From contig JACRDV010000029.1 in the NCBI GenBank assembly GCA_024860865.1, forward strand, positions 1-37,159: a stretch of 37,159 nt of DNA, in the 5' to 3' direction. Numbering within the stretch: position 1 is the first letter of the stretch; each line of letters opens with the position of its first letter. The translations under genes and the position numbers were made by a program. The notes beneath the pieces are model-generated. The model ran no database searches, was not told the origin of the DNA, and saw only the letters and a program-made list of their open reading frames with translations. This document shows, piece by piece, positions 34,448 to 37,159 of the stretch. Source of the DNA: Methanobacteriota archaeon (GTDB lineage Archaea > JACRDV01).

Positions 34448-35280
34448 TATTTACTCTCCTCTGTTAATTTTTCGAAATATTTTCTAACAACTTCCTCATA
34501 TTTCTCAGGTATGTTTTCCGAATATGATTCAGCTATAGTTGGAGTTGCTGGAAAAGACGGTGATATTGTTGAAAAGGATTCCTTCCTTTCTTTGAAGTCT
34601 TTAAGGTCTCTAACTTTAAGTTCTCCGGCTCCAACATACAGCTCTAAATTTATTTTTTCACCTTCTATTTTTGCTATAGAGGATTGCCCGTAGATATCTT
34701 CAAAAGCTTCTTTGCCACCACCAGGGGATTTTTTTCGTTGTGCAGAAGCTGTGGGCTTATTTTTCCCCTCTTCCTCTATACTTGAAGGAACCTCAACTGG
34801 TTTTTTAGTCACTATACTCGATAGTAGGTTAGGAGCGTCAACGACCTTAATATTCATAAAACTAAAAAATAGAAAAATGAAGACTAAGAAAATTGATAAA
34901 AAAACTTTTAATCTAATTTTTCTAGCATCTAAAAAAGAGGAGTATTCAACCGCATTATCCATCTTTTTCGTTATTTCTTCATTTAAGTGCTTTATAATAA
35001 TACTACTTCTCTCTTTGTTGTCATAAGCAGTTCTTAGTCTTTCTCTAAAATACTCATAGTTCTCTTCAATTATTCGGAAAATATTGGTTTTTCTTTTTAT
35101 TATTGCCAATATCGCGTATATTGTAAAAATAATAACTGCATATACCACTGGAATATTAATTAATAAGAAAACTAAACTGAAAATGAGTAAAACTAGTATT
35201 GCATCTAAGAAAATATAAAATACTTTAATTCTTCTAACTGCTCCCTTTATTTTGTTTATTCTATCAATAAACTCATACAT
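34447..35280 (-). CDS. 3-TM membrane protein of the MoxR operon, uncharacterised
   Basis: Its stop overlaps the MoxR start. Hydrophobic helices at aa ~20-65 and ~125-145. C-terminal ..IPEKYEEVVRKYFEKL motif recalled from MoxR/vWA operon partners. Confidence 0.7.
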   Translation of the reverse strand: MYEFIDRINKIKGAVRRIKVFYIFLDAILVLLIFSLVFLLINIPVVYAVIIFTIYAILAIIKRKTNIFRIIEENYEYFRERLRTAYDNKERSSIIIKHLNEEITKKMDNAVEYSSFLDARKIRLKVFLSIFLVFIFLFFSFMNIKVVDAPNLLSSIVTKKPVEVPSSIEEEGKNKPTASAQRKKSPGGGKEAFEDIYGQSSIAKIEGEKINLELYVGAGELKVRDLKDFKERKESFSTISPSFPATPTIAESYSENIPEKYEEVVRKYFEKLTEESK

Positions 35281-35298
35281 AAAATTACCTTACTAATG

Positions 35299-35847
35299 CT
35301 AACCAGATGTGCAGTTTGCTAACTGCTTTTCCAGCTGTGAAACTCTTTTAGTCAAATTTTTTACTTGACTGTCTAATGCTTCCTCTCGTTTATATGCCGA
35401 CTCTAAACTATACTTAGTAATTTCAAGATCACTTTTAGTTTTATTATATTCAATTTTTAATGCTTGTAAATCTGTTTTTGTAAGTGCCAACTCGTTTTGA
35501 GTATCCTTTAATATTCCTTCAACCCTCTGTTTCTCTTTTTCAAGAGCTGTTTTTTCCTCCCTTAATTTGTTGTATTTCTCTGAAATCGCAACCTCTCTTT
35601 CCTTAGCAAGTTTTTCCCTTTCTTTAGTAGCATTCAATTCCGTTAATTTTTGTTTTAGTTGGCTTTCTCTCGCCTTGAGTTCAGCTGAAACTTTGTTTAA
35701 TTCCTCCATAGTGCTTTGGCGGCTCACTATCATTTTACCATAAACATTTTGATAGTAAAAGGATGCGCCTATTATCGATGCTAGCAATAGGAGTATAAGC
35801 CAGAGGAAGGTAAAATTCACGTTGCTCATAGGATTTTGTTTTTTCAT
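35299..35847 (-). CDS. N-terminally anchored coiled-coil protein, first gene of the MoxR operon
   Basis: One TM helix, then ~140 aa of heptad-like K/E/L-rich sequence. Confidence 0.7.
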   Translation of the reverse strand: MKKQNPMSNVNFTFLWLILLLLASIIGASFYYQNVYGKMIVSRQSTMEELNKVSAELKARESQLKQKLTELNATKEREKLAKEREVAISEKYNKLREEKTALEKEKQRVEGILKDTQNELALTKTDLQALKIEYNKTKSDLEITKYSLESAYKREEALDSQVKNLTKRVSQLEKQLANCTSG

Positions 35848-35931
35848 TATTGATTTACCTCATACTTTATACTTTAAGTTTTATATTTGGGAATTTAAAA
35901 GATTTTGGTAAAATGAAGTCAGGCGACGCTT

Positions 35932-35956
35932 TTTGTACATACATTAGATGTACAAA
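35932..35956. repeat. 9-bp perfect inverted repeat TTTGTACAT-N7-ATGTACAAA between aroA and the MoxR operon
   Basis: Arms at 35932-35940 and 35948-35956. 4 nt downstream of the aroA stop on the minus strand. Confidence 0.5.
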
Positions 35957-35959
35957 TAG

Positions 35960-37159
35960 TCAATCTATCCTTAAATTTGCCCCTAGTTTTTGCATTGATT
36001 TGACAAATTCTGGGAATGAGATATTTACTGCTTCGGCAGTATCAATTATAGTCTTCCCTTTTGCAACTAAGCCAGCAACTGCAAGTGCCATAATCATGCG
36101 GTGGTCAAAATAACCATGAACCCGAGCACCTTTGAGTTGCTTAATCCCTTCGATAATTAACCCATCTGGCAATTCTTTGATTTTTGCTCCCATTTTTTTA
36201 AGCTCAATGGCAGGGGCTTTTAATCTATCAGTTTCCTTGTATCTAGCATGAGGTACGTTTTTAATTATAGTCTTTCCTTTAGCAACTGTTGCTAGCACAG
36301 CGAGAGTTGGGACTAAGTCTGGAATATCGCTTGCATCGATTTCAGTACCAGTTAAGGGAGCTCCACCTTCAACTATAACTTCATTTTTTAGCGCTTTTAT
36401 ATGTGAGCCCATCTCCTTTAAGATATCAATTATCTGCCTATCTCCTTGTTTGCTTTCTATTGGAAGATTCTTAACCTTGGCTTTTGATTTTGTTAAGGCA
36501 GCAGCAGCAAGCATATAAGATGCTGAAGAAAAATCTCCAGGGACTTTAAATTCTATGGGGGAATAAATCTGATTTCCTTGAATGAAAAATTGTTGCAATT
36601 CTTTTGGGTAATCCAGCTTAGCACCGGCTATTGACAAAAGCTCTAACGTCATTTCGATATATGGGGCTGATCTTAATTTGCCCAAAATTTCAATTGTCAC
36701 ATTTTTTCTGGAATAGGGCGAGACAATCAACAATCCTGAAATAAATTGAGAGCTAATATCCCCTCTAATTTTTACTTTGCCGCCCTTTAGTCCTCCGCCC
36801 CGTATTACAACTGGCGGAGTGTTATCTTGAGTTGAAAAAGCCTCAACTCCAAGTTGTCTTAATGCTTGGAGAAGCGGATCCATTGGGCGCCTTCGAATAG
36901 ATTGATCTCCGGTAAGAATGGTAGCGCCCGGAGCTAAGGCCGCAACAGCTGTCATAAATCGTATAGTGGTTCCTGAATTCTCGACATCAATTACATTATC
37001 AGGTGTATTTAGCTTGCCGCCGGTTCCTGTTATAAACCAACTCTTTTTTTGTTTAATATCTGCTCCAAAAGCAACGCAAGCTTTTATAGTTGAAAGAGTA
37101 TCGCCTGAGGCTAATGGCGACTTAACAACAGATTTTCCTTTAGCTAAACTAGATATTAC
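35960..37159 (-). CDS. aroA: 3-phosphoshikimate 1-carboxyvinyltransferase (EPSP synthase), 5' end beyond the window
   Basis: The frame stays open upstream of the track Met to the window edge (..LASGDTLSTIKAC..VENSGTTIRFMTAVAAL..), with typical EPSPS motifs. Confidence 0.92.
   Translation of the reverse strand, partial: VISSLAKGKSVVKSPLASGDTLSTIKACVAFGADIKQKKSWFITGTGGKLNTPDNVIDVENSGTTIRFMTAVAALAPGATILTGDQSIRRRPMDPLLQALRQLGVEAFSTQDNTPPVVIRGGGLKGGKVKIRGDISSQFISGLLIVSPYSRKNVTIEILGKLRSAPYIEMTLELLSIAGAKLDYPKELQQFFIQGNQIYSPIEFKVPGDFSSASYMLAAAALTKSKAKVKNLPIESKQGDRQIIDILKEMGSHIKALKNEVIVEGGAPLTGTEIDASDIPDLVPTLAVLATVAKGKTIIKNVPHARYKETDRLKAPAIELKKMGAKIKELPDGLIIEGIKQLKGARVHGYFDHRMIMALAVAGLVAKGKTIIDTAEAVNISFPEFVKSMQKLGANLRID

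Noticed and set aside
1-37159. Search for CRISPR arrays, tRNA/rRNA genes and long tandem repeats
   Set aside because: No regularly spaced direct repeats, no T-loop (GTTCRANYC) / acceptor-stem combinations and no rRNA-like GC-rich blocks were seen by eye. The only internal repeat structure is the protein-level triplication at 13036-14292 and the promoter cassettes.

Overview
AT-rich (roughly 35% GC by eye) archaeal chromosomal window. I saw no rRNA, tRNA or CRISPR array. The backbone is a complete archaeal-type shikimate/aromatic amino-acid pathway spread across the window: ADH synthase (aroA'), DHQ synthase II (aroB'), aroD, aroE and tyrA on + at 15.0-20.3 kb; pheA, GHMP-type shikimate kinase and aroC on - at 22.5-25.9 kb; aroA on - at 36.0-37.2 kb (runs off the window); trpB2 at 5.6 kb. 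Accessory modules interrupt it. (i) 0.4-5.5 kb holds c-type cytochrome and ferredoxin genes, including an HAO-family octahaem cytochrome. A low-GC insert splits them and carries an HExxH protein, a small HTH regulator and a 552-aa wHTH/degenerate-LAGLIDADG-like protein. These are wired by a repeated TTAAC-N3-GTTAA dual-operator promoter cassette, and a third copy of that cassette at 8.5 kb points into a ~170-nt structured non-coding RNA candidate. (ii) 8.5-11.5 kb holds an M48 protease, a membrane protein and a string of tiny Zn-ribbon ORFs missing from the ORF track. (iii) 11.6-14.3 kb holds an HTH_10 regulator, DUF59, DUF2249, DUF1858 and a 12-TM protein made of three tandem 4-TM repeats, each with a haem-copper-oxidase helix-X-like motif. 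(iv) Toxin-antitoxin-like pairs and decayed gene remnants. (v) 26.5-35.8 kb is a MoxR-DUF58-vWA (Bat-like) operon whose MoxR ATPase is split by a 614-aa LAGLIDADG intein. All family assignments come from motif recognition by eye; no searches were run.
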